Of a stretch of 64,000 nucleotides of DNA, positions 27,852 through 36,774 are shown in pieces; within the stretch, counting starts at the first letter, position 1, and each line of letters opens with the position of its first letter. The translations under genes were made by a program, and so were the position numbers. Source of the stretch: an uncultured Lentisphaerales bacterium (GTDB lineage: Bacteria > Verrucomicrobiota > Lentisphaeria > JABSQK01 > UBA12247); assembly GCA_943788985.1 (NCBI GenBank), contig CALSSJ010000015.1, forward strand, positions 64,001-128,000. The letters are read 5' to 3'. The notes beneath the pieces are model-generated. The model was not told the DNA's origin. It worked only from the letters and a program-made list of their open reading frames with translations, and ran no database searches.

Positions 27852-29153
27852 CTACCTGATGAGAATTACGACGCCTTTCTTCTTCTCGGCGATCTGCATA
27901 CCGGAGAGTACGGAGAATACGCTGGACCCGTTTGTCGCCGTCCCATTGACAGCAGCCCCTCCCTTGATGCCTTCAAACAGTGCATAGTGTGTACCCTGTA
28001 CCCAGCTGGGCACCACGCCTGCATCTGCACTGGTCGCTGTCCTTGTCACTGCGTTGATCGTATAGTCCGTCTCGAAACCGGCGGTATACAGGTAGATGTC
28101 GTAGGACTTGCCTGCCTCGAGGCCATTGATCGTGAAGGTCCCAACGCCGTCTCCGCCGCCAATAGCCTGGTCATAGATGCGATCGCTCTGCAGGGTATTA
28201 CCTTCGCTGCCAGCATCGAATGTGGAGAACCAGTTTGGCAGACTGACGTCGATTGTTGTGGCGGTGGTACCGTCGGAAGCGGTCAGGTTTGAAGCGTTGT
28301 ACCCGTTGGCCGTGTTGAGCAGGTTCCAATGCACGTTGCCGGATAGATCGGGCGCGCCGCCCGACCAGGCATACGCTGCCTGGTTCCCGCCCTGGACGTC
28401 GACGTTGACGACCTGCTGATATTGATCCGCCGCAGTGGCCCCGGGCACTCCGAAATCATCCACGGATGCGTTGATCACGCCTTCGCCGGCCAGCACGATC
28501 TGGTAGGACAGCATCGTATCCTTTACAGCCGTGGAGTAGAAGTCGCCCCCAGCGGTGCCGGTGGTGTAGATAGCCGCCCCGTCGACCTTGAACACGTACT
28601 CATTACCGACACGCTCAACGGTCAGCGCATAAGGGCCGGAAAATGTGATGTCTGCGGGACTCTCGTACAGGACGTAGTCGCCTGTTCCATCTCGCCAGGT
28701 TCGCGTCACTTTAAACCGAAAGTCCGTTGTGTTCACCCCTGACAGCCGCAACGTATAGGTATCCGCAAAACCGGCAGGCGTATTGGCTACATATGCTGGC
28801 TGAAGGATGGTGGAGAGCATCAACCCCATAAAACCCCAAGCGCCGGAGGCCATGCTGAAGGAGTTCACGGTCATGGTCACGGACTCAGTCGGGGTTCGTG
28901 CCATCCCAGTTCGGTACAGACCCAGGCCATTGAGGCCGGTCGGCTTGTTCAGATCCAGTTCTCCATTGCCGCTGTCCCAACTGGGCGTTGTCGCGTCCGT
29001 GTTATTGTAATACCCGTACTCCGTCCATTCGGTCGTGATGTTGGGGTCGATACTGAAATCATCGAACATGCCAGCACTTGCCGACGTCCCTGTCAGGGCC
29101 AGCAGGGACCCGATGAGGGGCGTGAAGAGGATGGTGAGAATGCGAGGGTTCAT
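27852..29153 (-). CDS. secreted beta-rich two-domain protein with C-terminal KKKGVVILIR tail
   Basis: Signal peptide MNPRILTILF...ASA. Thr/Gly/Asn-rich body. Short basic-hydrophobic C-terminal motif. Confidence 0.75.
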   Translation of the reverse strand: MNPRILTILFTPLIGSLLALTGTSASAGMFDDFSIDPNITTEWTEYGYYNNTDATTPSWDSGNGELDLNKPTGLNGLGLYRTGMARTPTESVTMTVNSFSMASGAWGFMGLMLSTILQPAYVANTPAGFADTYTLRLSGVNTTDFRFKVTRTWRDGTGDYVLYESPADITFSGPYALTVERVGNEYVFKVDGAAIYTTGTAGGDFYSTAVKDTMLSYQIVLAGEGVINASVDDFGVPGATAADQYQQVVNVDVQGGNQAAYAWSGGAPDLSGNVHWNLLNTANGYNASNLTASDGTTATTIDVSLPNWFSTFDAGSEGNTLQSDRIYDQAIGGGDGVGTFTINGLEAGKSYDIYLYTAGFETDYTINAVTRTATSADAGVVPSWVQGTHYALFEGIKGGAAVNGTATNGSSVFSVLSGMQIAEKKKGVVILIR

Positions 29154-29466
29154 AGGGTTCCTATCTTTATCGATATGTCGTTGTCCGCCTGGTGGCGGCC
29201 TGCAGCTTGCACAAGGCAAAGTTGTGTACCTGTAGAGTAATCATTGAGCTCTTGTATGGCAATGTAAGGAAAACGATATGTGATAACAAAAAGACGACAT
29301 GGTCTCATGCGCCTGCTCGCTTTCGCCCACGATGTGGCAAGAGCGCATTTTGCCACGTTTAAATGAGGCTTGCAGTGAGTTCATCAGGGCATATAGTCAT
29401 TTCGCATTGCCCCGCACTTGCAAAAAAGCGGCTTCTTTGCCACCGCTGTCTGCCCGAGGTTCGCCG

Positions 29467-30342
29467 ATGAACACCAGTCGCCGAGAGACGCCTGCCGCCT
29501 TCGACTCCGGAAACGTCCGGGAAGGCCCACCCGCCGCGCCCTGCCTTCGCAATGTCGAATGCTACGGCCATCCCGAGGCAGCCTCGCAAATGAGCGGCTG
29601 GGACTGGCTTCTGGTGAGCTTCAGCGGTTTGGAACACATGAACCTGTGCCTGCCTGGCGGACGTAAGCTCTTCTCCGTGACTGACGACCGCCCGTTCGCC
29701 GCCTTGATTCCGGCGTGTAGCCACTGCGAGTTTTCCTACGGCGACACGCGCGAGAACTGGGTCGTAAAGCTGGAGTCTGGCACCATTGCGGAGTCCGCAA
29801 ACGGCCCTATCCAGGTCAACTGGGCGGGCCTCACGGCTGATCTTTCCGGCTTCACTTGGCTCGACACTGCACAGGCGGCGCGCTGCCACGAGTTGCTCAC
29901 GCGCCTGTCTGAGGAGTACCATGGCCCCGAGTGGCGAGACTCGCTGCCTCTGTGCCTGTCTCTTGGCGCCGTCTTGGACTGTGTGCTCGACACCATGCTG
30001 CACCCGCCCGACAGCAAAGACCCGGCCAAAGCGCTTCGTGACGCCATCATTGCCGATCGCGGCTTTGTCCGCACCCTCGCAGACCTAAGCGCAAAATGTG
30101 GCTATTCTACCGATCATCTACGGCGCCTGTTCGAGGCCCGCTATGGGATGCCACCGAAGGTTTTTCGCACTTCCTACAGGATGCGTCTGGCGCGCGACTT
30201 GCTTGCCTTGGGGACGCTGTCCGCCAAGGAGGTCTCTGAGCAACTCAGCTACAGCCACCCCTCCCACTTCTCGGCTGCGTTCCGCAAGCACTTCGGCTGC
30301 CCTCCTGGTGCGATGGCGGGCACTCACCCAGTAATAGAGTAG
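29467..30342 (+). CDS. AraC family transcriptional regulator
   Basis: C-terminal HTH: CGYSTDHLRRLF...SYSHPSHFSAAFRKHFGCPP. Divergent from the SSS operon. Start uncertain. Confidence 0.85.
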   Translation: MNTSRRETPAAFDSGNVREGPPAAPCLRNVECYGHPEAASQMSGWDWLLVSFSGLEHMNLCLPGGRKLFSVTDDRPFAALIPACSHCEFSYGDTRENWVVKLESGTIAESANGPIQVNWAGLTADLSGFTWLDTAQAARCHELLTRLSEEYHGPEWRDSLPLCLSLGAVLDCVLDTMLHPPDSKDPAKALRDAIIADRGFVRTLADLSAKCGYSTDHLRRLFEARYGMPPKVFRTSYRMRLARDLLALGTLSAKEVSEQLSYSHPSHFSAAFRKHFGCPPGAMAGTHPVIE

Positions 30343-30837
30343 CGCGGAGACGTGACCACGCCCCCCCCATGAATTCACTGCAGCCCGTCCTCACGCGGTA
30401 CGCAGGGCGTTGCTTCGATTGGCTTGGAGCATTCGTAAGACAGCCGTAAAATATCTGCAGCATCACTACCCATCGAAATGGAAGCAACTCGCTGGCAGCG
30501 CCACTCCAGACCAGAACTTTGAAGCGTGACGCGCTGTCCCCAGCGACCTTGGCGACGATGCGCGCATTCTCAAATGCCAGGCGAGCGCCATCGCCCACAA
30601 GCGCAACAGCGGTGATGCCCTCCGCGCTCGTCAGCGTCGCAATATTCCCCTCCACTTTGCTCTTGGAGCGTTGGCGATAGGCCAGTTGCACCCGCAAATC
30701 CTTGCCGCCGGTTACTTCAAAGCTGCGGGTTACCGCCTTCGTTCCCGGACGCGATTCCAGCCATGGCGACTCGAGTCTCGGTGCTACCAAGTCATGCCGG
30801 GTGGTGGACCAGGTGGCAAGACTGACGGGTCCTGAGC

Positions 30838-30942
30838 CGTTTTGATTGTTCCGGCGTGGTCGCGTTGTATGCCTTACGAGGTTGGGGTGCATGCGGTGGT
30901 TGTCGTTTTGATTGTTCCGGCGTGGTCGCGTTGTATGCCTTA
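30838..30942. CRISPR. putative CRISPR-like mini unit, copy 2
   Basis: Identical to 7665-7769 (same repeats and spacer). Confidence 0.4.
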
Positions 30943-31080
30943 GTATGCTTCGATATTGGCCGCAGTTCAAGACTATTCGCCGTCCACTCTCAAGGCTTCG
31001 CCCACAACTGGAACCCATCGCCTCAGCACGCCATCCCAACTATTAGCTTATTATTATTCGCCAATAGTTGAGGTATACCT

Positions 31081-32493
31081 ATGCCCGCGCCATGTGGAGA
31101 TAAAACTCCCGGCTTCTATCGGCGGCGCACACCGCGTGAGTCGCCGCTGTTTCAGTTGCTCGAACAGCATTTTGACGAGTTCGAGCGGGTGTATCCGGAC
31201 CGTTACCAAGAGCGCTATGGTTTCTTTCGGCCCGTAATTCGCAAGGCCGTTGATGCTTTTCTGGGTTGCGGCGACCTGCGCGAGGGGTTCGCTCGAGTTC
31301 GCTGCCCCGACTGCGGACACAACCTGTTTGTCGCATTTTCCTGTAAGCAGCGCGGCATCTGCCCAAGTTGCCATCAAAAACGTATGCTGGTCACGGCGAT
31401 CAACATTGCCGAAAACGTGGCAGTCGCTGTTCCGCATCGCCAGTTCGTCTTTACCATGCCGAAACGGTTCCGCGCTTACTTTCGCTATGACCGGGATCTA
31501 CTCAAGCATCTTCCCCGCCTTGCCTGGGAAACAGTGCGCGACGTCTACCGTGCCGTGCTCGATCGCGATGACGTTGTTCCCGGCATGGTCGGCGCCCCAC
31601 AGAGCTTTGGCGATCTAATAAATTGGCATCCGCATATGCACACTCTATCCACCGATGGAGCGTTTGCCAAAGACGGCACGTATCTGCCTGTGCCCGATGA
31701 TCTGCCGATTGAGCCGTTCCTCAAGCTCTGGGAGCACAAGATCTTTGCATTGCTACTGGCAGAGGGCCGCATCACCGAGAAGGTCGTCGAGCAGATGCGT
31801 AGCTGGAGGCACTCCGGGTTCAGCGTTGATAAGAGCGTCTACCTGCCGGCCGGTGACCAGGCTGCTATTCAGCGTTTGCTTCAGTACATGCTCAGATGCC
31901 CGTTCAGCCTGAAGCGCATGATTCAGACCACGGCGGATGGTAATGTTGCCTACCGAGCGACGCGCGAGAAGTGTATCGCCTTCCCGACCCGCAACGATAC
32001 TCAGTTCCGTCGTGGTGTGTCGCGCAACTTTGAAATATTCGAGCCGCTCGACTTTATTGCTGAGGTCACGCAGCATATTCCGGAGCACGGCGCGCAGACA
32101 GTTCGCTATTACGGCTGGTATTCAAATAAGGCTCGCGGCATGCGCGCCAAGGCCGCAGAACAGGCAAAGGCAAAGCAGTCTAATGGCCTTGAGCCCCTCA
32201 CCACCGATGAGAGCGATACGCCGTATCGTAAATTATGCCGTATGCGCTGGTCGGCGCTGATTAAACGAGTTTACGAAGTAGATCCATTGTGCTGTCCCCA
32301 ATGTGGCGGCGCGATGACTATCGTCGCGTTCGTTGAGCAGAAGGACCAGGCCGATGTCATTGAGCGTATTCTCAAGCACTGTCAGCTATGGAATGATTAC
32401 CCGCCCAGGGCGCCACCCAAGCCAGCCGCCGCTAGTGAATTTGAGCTGGAAGTTGAGTATGTAGACTTCGACGAGTTTCTGATGGGTTTCTAA
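31081..32493 (+). CDS. IS91/ISCR-family rolling-circle transposase, copy 2
   Basis: Same as 7908..9320 except residue 118 is Pro (VPHRQ) instead of Arg. Confidence 0.95.
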   Translation: MPAPCGDKTPGFYRRRTPRESPLFQLLEQHFDEFERVYPDRYQERYGFFRPVIRKAVDAFLGCGDLREGFARVRCPDCGHNLFVAFSCKQRGICPSCHQKRMLVTAINIAENVAVAVPHRQFVFTMPKRFRAYFRYDRDLLKHLPRLAWETVRDVYRAVLDRDDVVPGMVGAPQSFGDLINWHPHMHTLSTDGAFAKDGTYLPVPDDLPIEPFLKLWEHKIFALLLAEGRITEKVVEQMRSWRHSGFSVDKSVYLPAGDQAAIQRLLQYMLRCPFSLKRMIQTTADGNVAYRATREKCIAFPTRNDTQFRRGVSRNFEIFEPLDFIAEVTQHIPEHGAQTVRYYGWYSNKARGMRAKAAEQAKAKQSNGLEPLTTDESDTPYRKLCRMRWSALIKRVYEVDPLCCPQCGGAMTIVAFVEQKDQADVIERILKHCQLWNDYPPRAPPKPAAASEFELEVEYVDFDEFLMGF

Positions 32494-32585
32494 AAGCGCC
32501 CCGTCAGGAAGACGGTATCTCAATGCTCAAATTCGCGTATTCTACCTCCAAAACACCTATCTGCGCGGAATATCGGCACGCAGCA

Positions 32586-32631
32586 GGAAGGGAGGACGGC
32601 CGGGCCAGCTGGCCCGGCCGTCCTCCCTTCC
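32586..32631. repeat. perfect 46-bp palindrome, copy 2
   Basis: Identical to 9413-9458. Confidence 0.95.
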
Positions 32632-32721
32632 GTTTCTTCGCCGTCTCCGCCCCGTTTCCTTGAATACCTCATCCCGTCAGCGTATCTTGGCTGTATCGGG
32701 AAAAAGCAATTTCCTATCAGT

Positions 32722-33003
32722 TCAGTCAGTCTCTCTGCGCTGCAACGCCATCGTTTGCCCCGTTCCTGGCAAGCGGAAGCGGCCAGATTCCAGGCGCTTG
32801 TACCAAAGCGCAAAGCCATCACCATCCCAGTATAGCACCTTGATCCGATTTCGCAGGCGATTACAAAACACAAACACCGAGACGGTCAAAAGCTGATCCG
32901 GGAAGTGGGCTGCAACTACCCCTGAAAGCCCTTCAAAGCTCTTGCGCATGTCGGTGGGCCCGCGGTACAAGTAGATTCGCTGAATCCCGGCCAGGCTCAG
33001 CAT
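32722..33003 (-). pseudogene. tnpB: IS66 TnpB truncated by the ISCR
   Basis: First 91 aa are identical to 6369..6710; the C-terminus is lost. Confidence 0.85.
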
Positions 33004-33372
33004 TCGATCGTCTGAAGCAACTTACGCAACGTTGGCCCATCAAAGTCACATTCGACCATGATCTCAAGGTCTCCTCGCCGGATGCTCAGGCCCGCACGCC
33101 TACCGGTGGGATGGGGCCTCACCAGCTCGACAAATCCATCGTCTGGTACTTCAAGCCGCTTTCGCCAATAGTAGAACTGCCGCTGGTGAAGGTCTTCCTT
33201 TCTGCAAAAAGCTGCGATGCTTATGCCGCTGCGTTTCTGAGTCTCCAAGATCTCTTGCCATTGCCCGCGCTTGCTTGTGGTTTCCATCTGCGCTCTCCTG
33301 ATGCCGGTTGCGAAAACCAACAGGATAAGCCCAGCTCAATCGCGCATCAAGATGTCGGCGTTGGCCGTTCAC
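32731..33372 (-). mobile_element. IS66 remnant, copy 2 (tnpA + 3'-truncated tnpB)
   Basis: Matches 6438-7079 at offset 26293, with one difference noticed (6889 A vs 33182 G). TnpB ends at ...LQRRE(TD*) at the ISCR junction. Confidence 0.9.
32997..33287 (-). CDS. tnpA: IS66 accessory protein TnpA, copy 2
   Basis: Same as 6704..6994 with one W>R change. Confidence 0.85.
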   Translation of the reverse strand: METTSKRGQWQEILETQKRSGISIAAFCRKEDLHQRQFYYWRKRLEVPDDGFVELVRPHPTGRRAGLSIRRGDLEIMVECDFDGPTLRKLLQTIEC

Positions 33373-33399
33373 TTTGCTGCATTCTCTGGTGAGTAAGTA

Positions 33400-33782
33400 T
33401 AGCAAGCGTGACGATCTGATTCGTCAGTGGCACGAGTGCCTGGCATGGCGTCCACATCGAGCATGCGACTTCCTGAAGCAACTCGGGGAGACGTCAGCGC
33501 CGCGGCACGAAGGTTTGACGCGATTGCCGATATCGCGCTTCTTCCCATCGATGAGGAGGTCCAATTGCTGGCAGAACGCCTTGTCGCCGATGGCGGAATG
33601 CCATCGGCTGAAGGGCGGATGCACTGCACGTGGCAGTTGCGGCGATACATGCTATGAATTACCTGCTCCTCCGGAACTGTCGTCACATTGACAGTGCTGC
33701 GACGAAGCCTGTAATTTGCTCGATCGCTGGATTCGCTTGCCCCAAGATTTGCACACCAATGAAATTGTTTTCAGGAGGCTAG
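33400..33782 (+). pseudogene. PIN-domain (VapC-like) toxin pseudogene
   Basis: EATRGDVSAAARRFDAI..LLPIDEEVQLLAERL / frameshift / DALHVAVAAIHAMNYLLLRNCRHID...PKICTP. The 5' end is lost near the IS66 end. Confidence 0.75.
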
Positions 33783-33785
33783 AGG

Positions 33786-33958
33786 GTGTATACGGATGAG
33801 GTTTTAGAAGACGTGTGGCGTCACCGCGATGCGTAAATGGAAGACCACAATCACTACTTCGGAGCAGTGGTGCGCGACCTAATGCGCCGCCAGAAGTGCT
33901 CGAAACGCAAGTTCTTCGACCGGCGATCGCCAACCACTGCTTGCAGCGGACCTCGTAA
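33786..33958 (+). pseudogene. small PIN-partner (antitoxin-like) gene with internal stop
   Basis: MYTDEVLEDVWRHRDA*MEDHNH...DLMRRQK follows GGAGG. Resembles the short genes that follow this PIN subfamily. Confidence 0.5.
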
Positions 33959-33986
33959 ACTCGGCCGTTGATGCGGGCGGTCTTCC
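33928..33986 (+). other. degenerate attC-like site
   Basis: CGCCAACCACTGCTTGCAGCGGAC...GGCCGTTGATGCGGGCGGT overlaps the end of the TA pair. R' is degenerate. Confidence 0.4.
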
Positions 33987-34172
33987 ACGAATTCAGCGGA
34001 GTCGGATATTGCGCCAGAACTCTTGAATCCTAAAGTGCGAAGTTATCGACCCTAAGCAGACGTTGTCTGGTGTGCAAAAATATCAAATATTTAAGGCTTT
34101 AACTGATCTTTTTTCTTTTGTTTTTATTCAAAAAATATAGCTCAAAAAATAATAAAATAATCACCTTTAATT

Positions 34173-34943
34173 ATGATCAAAATAGAAATATCAGAAATTA
34201 CAAAAAAACAAAAATCACTTGAAAATCACCATGTCTTTAGCGTGGTACAGAATATTGACGACTTGAGAGTGTTTATGTCCTGGCACGTTTTCGCTGTATG
34301 GGATTTTATGTGTCTCGTGAAACGACTGCAACGTGACCTCACATCCGTCGAGTCGTTATGGGTTCCACCTGACTCTCCCCTGGCCGCTCGGCTCATGAAT
34401 GAAATAGTGCTTGGGGAGGAGAGTGATGAAGCGCCCGATGGGAGCTATATCAGCCACTTCGAGCTGTACTTGCTGGCAATGAAGGAAATTGGAGCTGACA
34501 CTAGGCTGATTGAAAATTTCATTGATTTAATTCGAAAGAATATGCCTGTCGAGGAGGCAATGAAGACGCTCTCTGTTGACACCCATATTCAGAATTTCGT
34601 TAACAACACAATTAACACTGTTGTTAATGGCAACTTATATCAAGTACTCGGTAGTTTTGTTTTTGGACGTGAGCATGTTATTCCGAACATGTTTAAAGGA
34701 TTGCTTGATGCTTGGCATATTGATGAAAACGATGCCCCGATGTTTGTATATTATCTCAAACGTCATATTGAGCTTGACGGCGATGAGCATGGACCTGCCG
34801 CATTGAAAATTATCCAAATTCTCACAAAAGGAAACCAAACTTCAATAAAACAATTGACCTCTTCTGCAATTGATGCGATTAATGACCGTACTGCTCTATG
34901 GGATGGAATGGAAAAAGCCATATCTCGCGGTAAAACTATGTAG
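34173..34943 (+). CDS. DUF3050 family protein (heme-oxygenase-like fold)
   Basis: FMSWHVFAVWDFM, NEIVLGEESD, SHFELYL, FGRE, YYLKRHIELDGDEHGP. Located in an AT-rich island. Confidence 0.9.
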   Translation: MIKIEISEITKKQKSLENHHVFSVVQNIDDLRVFMSWHVFAVWDFMCLVKRLQRDLTSVESLWVPPDSPLAARLMNEIVLGEESDEAPDGSYISHFELYLLAMKEIGADTRLIENFIDLIRKNMPVEEAMKTLSVDTHIQNFVNNTINTVVNGNLYQVLGSFVFGREHVIPNMFKGLLDAWHIDENDAPMFVYYLKRHIELDGDEHGPAALKIIQILTKGNQTSIKQLTSSAIDAINDRTALWDGMEKAISRGKTM

Positions 34944-35980
34944 TTAATGCCAGTCTGAACTGTAAAAAAATTTTCACCGAAATTCGATATTAAATTTATA
35001 TTCAGACAACATGATTAAGTAAGCACATTAAAAGTCATTGAAAGCATTACCAAAGAGCGACGCGGTTAAACCAAAACGTTGGCAATTTGAAAACTTAACC
35101 GACGCTGAGGCGGGAACTTGAAGCGACACGAGTGCGCACCGAGCCGTGCGCTTCATTCAGGCTTAAATGACCTGTGATTGTTTTTTGCAACACAGCGCTG
35201 ATCAAATAAATTAGAAATTATAAAAACCAAAAAGGTCGATAAATTTCAACCAAGGCGCCAGAGCATATTTGTTCATCGTGTATGAAATTTGTGGGGAAAA
35301 GTTACGTGCAAGACCAACAAACCTCTCAGTGTGAACGTTGAACTAATATCGACTGCAGAAAGCATTTTCCGATCATGAGCGCAGTCCTCCCATCTGCCTG
35401 CATGCACACCGGTGTGGGGGAAGACATGCGACCTGACTCAGAAAACGCGCAGCGCCTGCTGATGCGGCGCAACGCCGTCTGCCGATTGCGCCTATTTGTA
35501 GATGCGAGCGGCCTGCAGCGCGGCCTGCGACGTTTTAGCGCTCGCTTTGGGCAGAGAAGTTGCATCACACACCGTCTTTACTGCAATTTCAGCGGCGAGA
35601 GCCAGCTCAAGTTCATGGTATTTTGGCTTGCTTCTTGCATCTGCAGGGCTACGGAATCCCCCGTATTGCGGTGGCACTAGGAAGTGCCAACTGCATAGTT
35701 CAACCACGAAATACAACGACTGACTCCTTTCACCATTCGATCGCCTCCTGTCTGCGGAGTCATCTTTGATCTCCGCCGCGGAGGTATCGGTACAAGCATG
35801 ACGTTGCACGAGTTATTTCCTGGAAAAATGAGCTTTAGTAGCTCTTCCAAGCTTGGGGTGGCTGGCGATCTGATCGGTGTCGCGACAGATGGGGGAGTGC
35901 CGCCGCGTACCACCCATGAGCTCCTTAAACAACCCGGCAATAAGCTCTGCTTACGATTCGTCACTCAAGAGACAAGCGAA

Positions 35981-36108
35981 GCCGAATAAGGCGGTGTTGG
36001 ACAACCCGCTAATCGCGCCGAATTGAAATGATTCTCGCGACTAGAACCTTTTAGCTGCAGCCCAAGGACCACCGCAGGTAGTCGGTGCCAGAACTTCGAC
36101 GTCTGTTA
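35981..36108 (+). other. degenerate attC-like site
   Basis: GCCGAATAAGGCGGTGTTGGACAACCCG...CGGTGCCAGAACTTCGACGT. The upstream ORF ends (...EAE*) inside its left end, as cassette genes do. Confidence 0.45.
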
Positions 36109-36130
36109 AATAGATAGCAAGGCTGATACA

Positions 36131-36375
36131 ATGTCTCCATACGCCAATATTCAGATGCCCAGGGTGCTTCTACTCAGCATCGCCGTAGCTTTTGCTCTCA
36201 CAGCCTTCGCAGATCAGCCACCCAATGTCGTCCTCATTCTTAGCGATGACCAGGCTTGGACGGATTATGGGTTCATGGGCCATCCCGACACCAAAACGCC
36301 GCACCTCGACAGGCTGCCCGAACGGAGCCTCGTATTTAAGCGGGGTTACGTCGCCTCTCCGCTGTGCCGGCCAAC
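36131..36375 (+). pseudogene. sulfatase N-terminal fragment
   Basis: Signal peptide + PNVVLILSDDQ...GFMGHP..KTPHLDRL...SPLCRP. Similarity stops within the CxPxR motif. Confidence 0.8.
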
Positions 36376-36774
36376 GGCCCCAATTCTGCGATCCGCACTC
36401 GGATCCGCCCCCACGGCTTGCCGGATTTTGTTCGAACTGTTTCATAGATCCAGTGCTACGCGTACGACAACGGCCATATTACCCAGTAATACGGTGAGGA
36501 TTTGGTTGCCAAATGAATGGTTCGTGCCATATTTATTATTCGTCATCTGGCATATCTATTTTTTGCTATTTAGGCATAAGAAATGTAGATGGACGCGACG
36601 CTTTTTAAGTTCAAGGCACGTTCTTTGCGGAAGTGATCTAACTAGAATTGACCTTTCCAGACGAGCACTCGTGGTGTGCGGCTGTAGCTTACCGAGATGG
36701 AGAGGGAGCGTTCGCTCTCAGGCCACGGCTCAATCGTAGTAAGAGGCCGGCGGGACGCCAGCGCCGCGCTCAGG

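Larger units (their letters stand above)
30448..32722 (+). mobile_element. ISCR/IS91-family rolling-circle element plus captured upstream DNA, copy 2
   Basis: Direct repeat of 7275-9549. The oriIS end abuts a truncated IS66 tnpB. Confidence 0.9.

Noticed and set aside
30448..33372. Duplicated ISCR and IS66 blocks as an assembly artefact
   Set aside because: Each pair has a point difference, distinct junctions, and boundaries that match element ends. Long reads would still be needed to exclude it fully.
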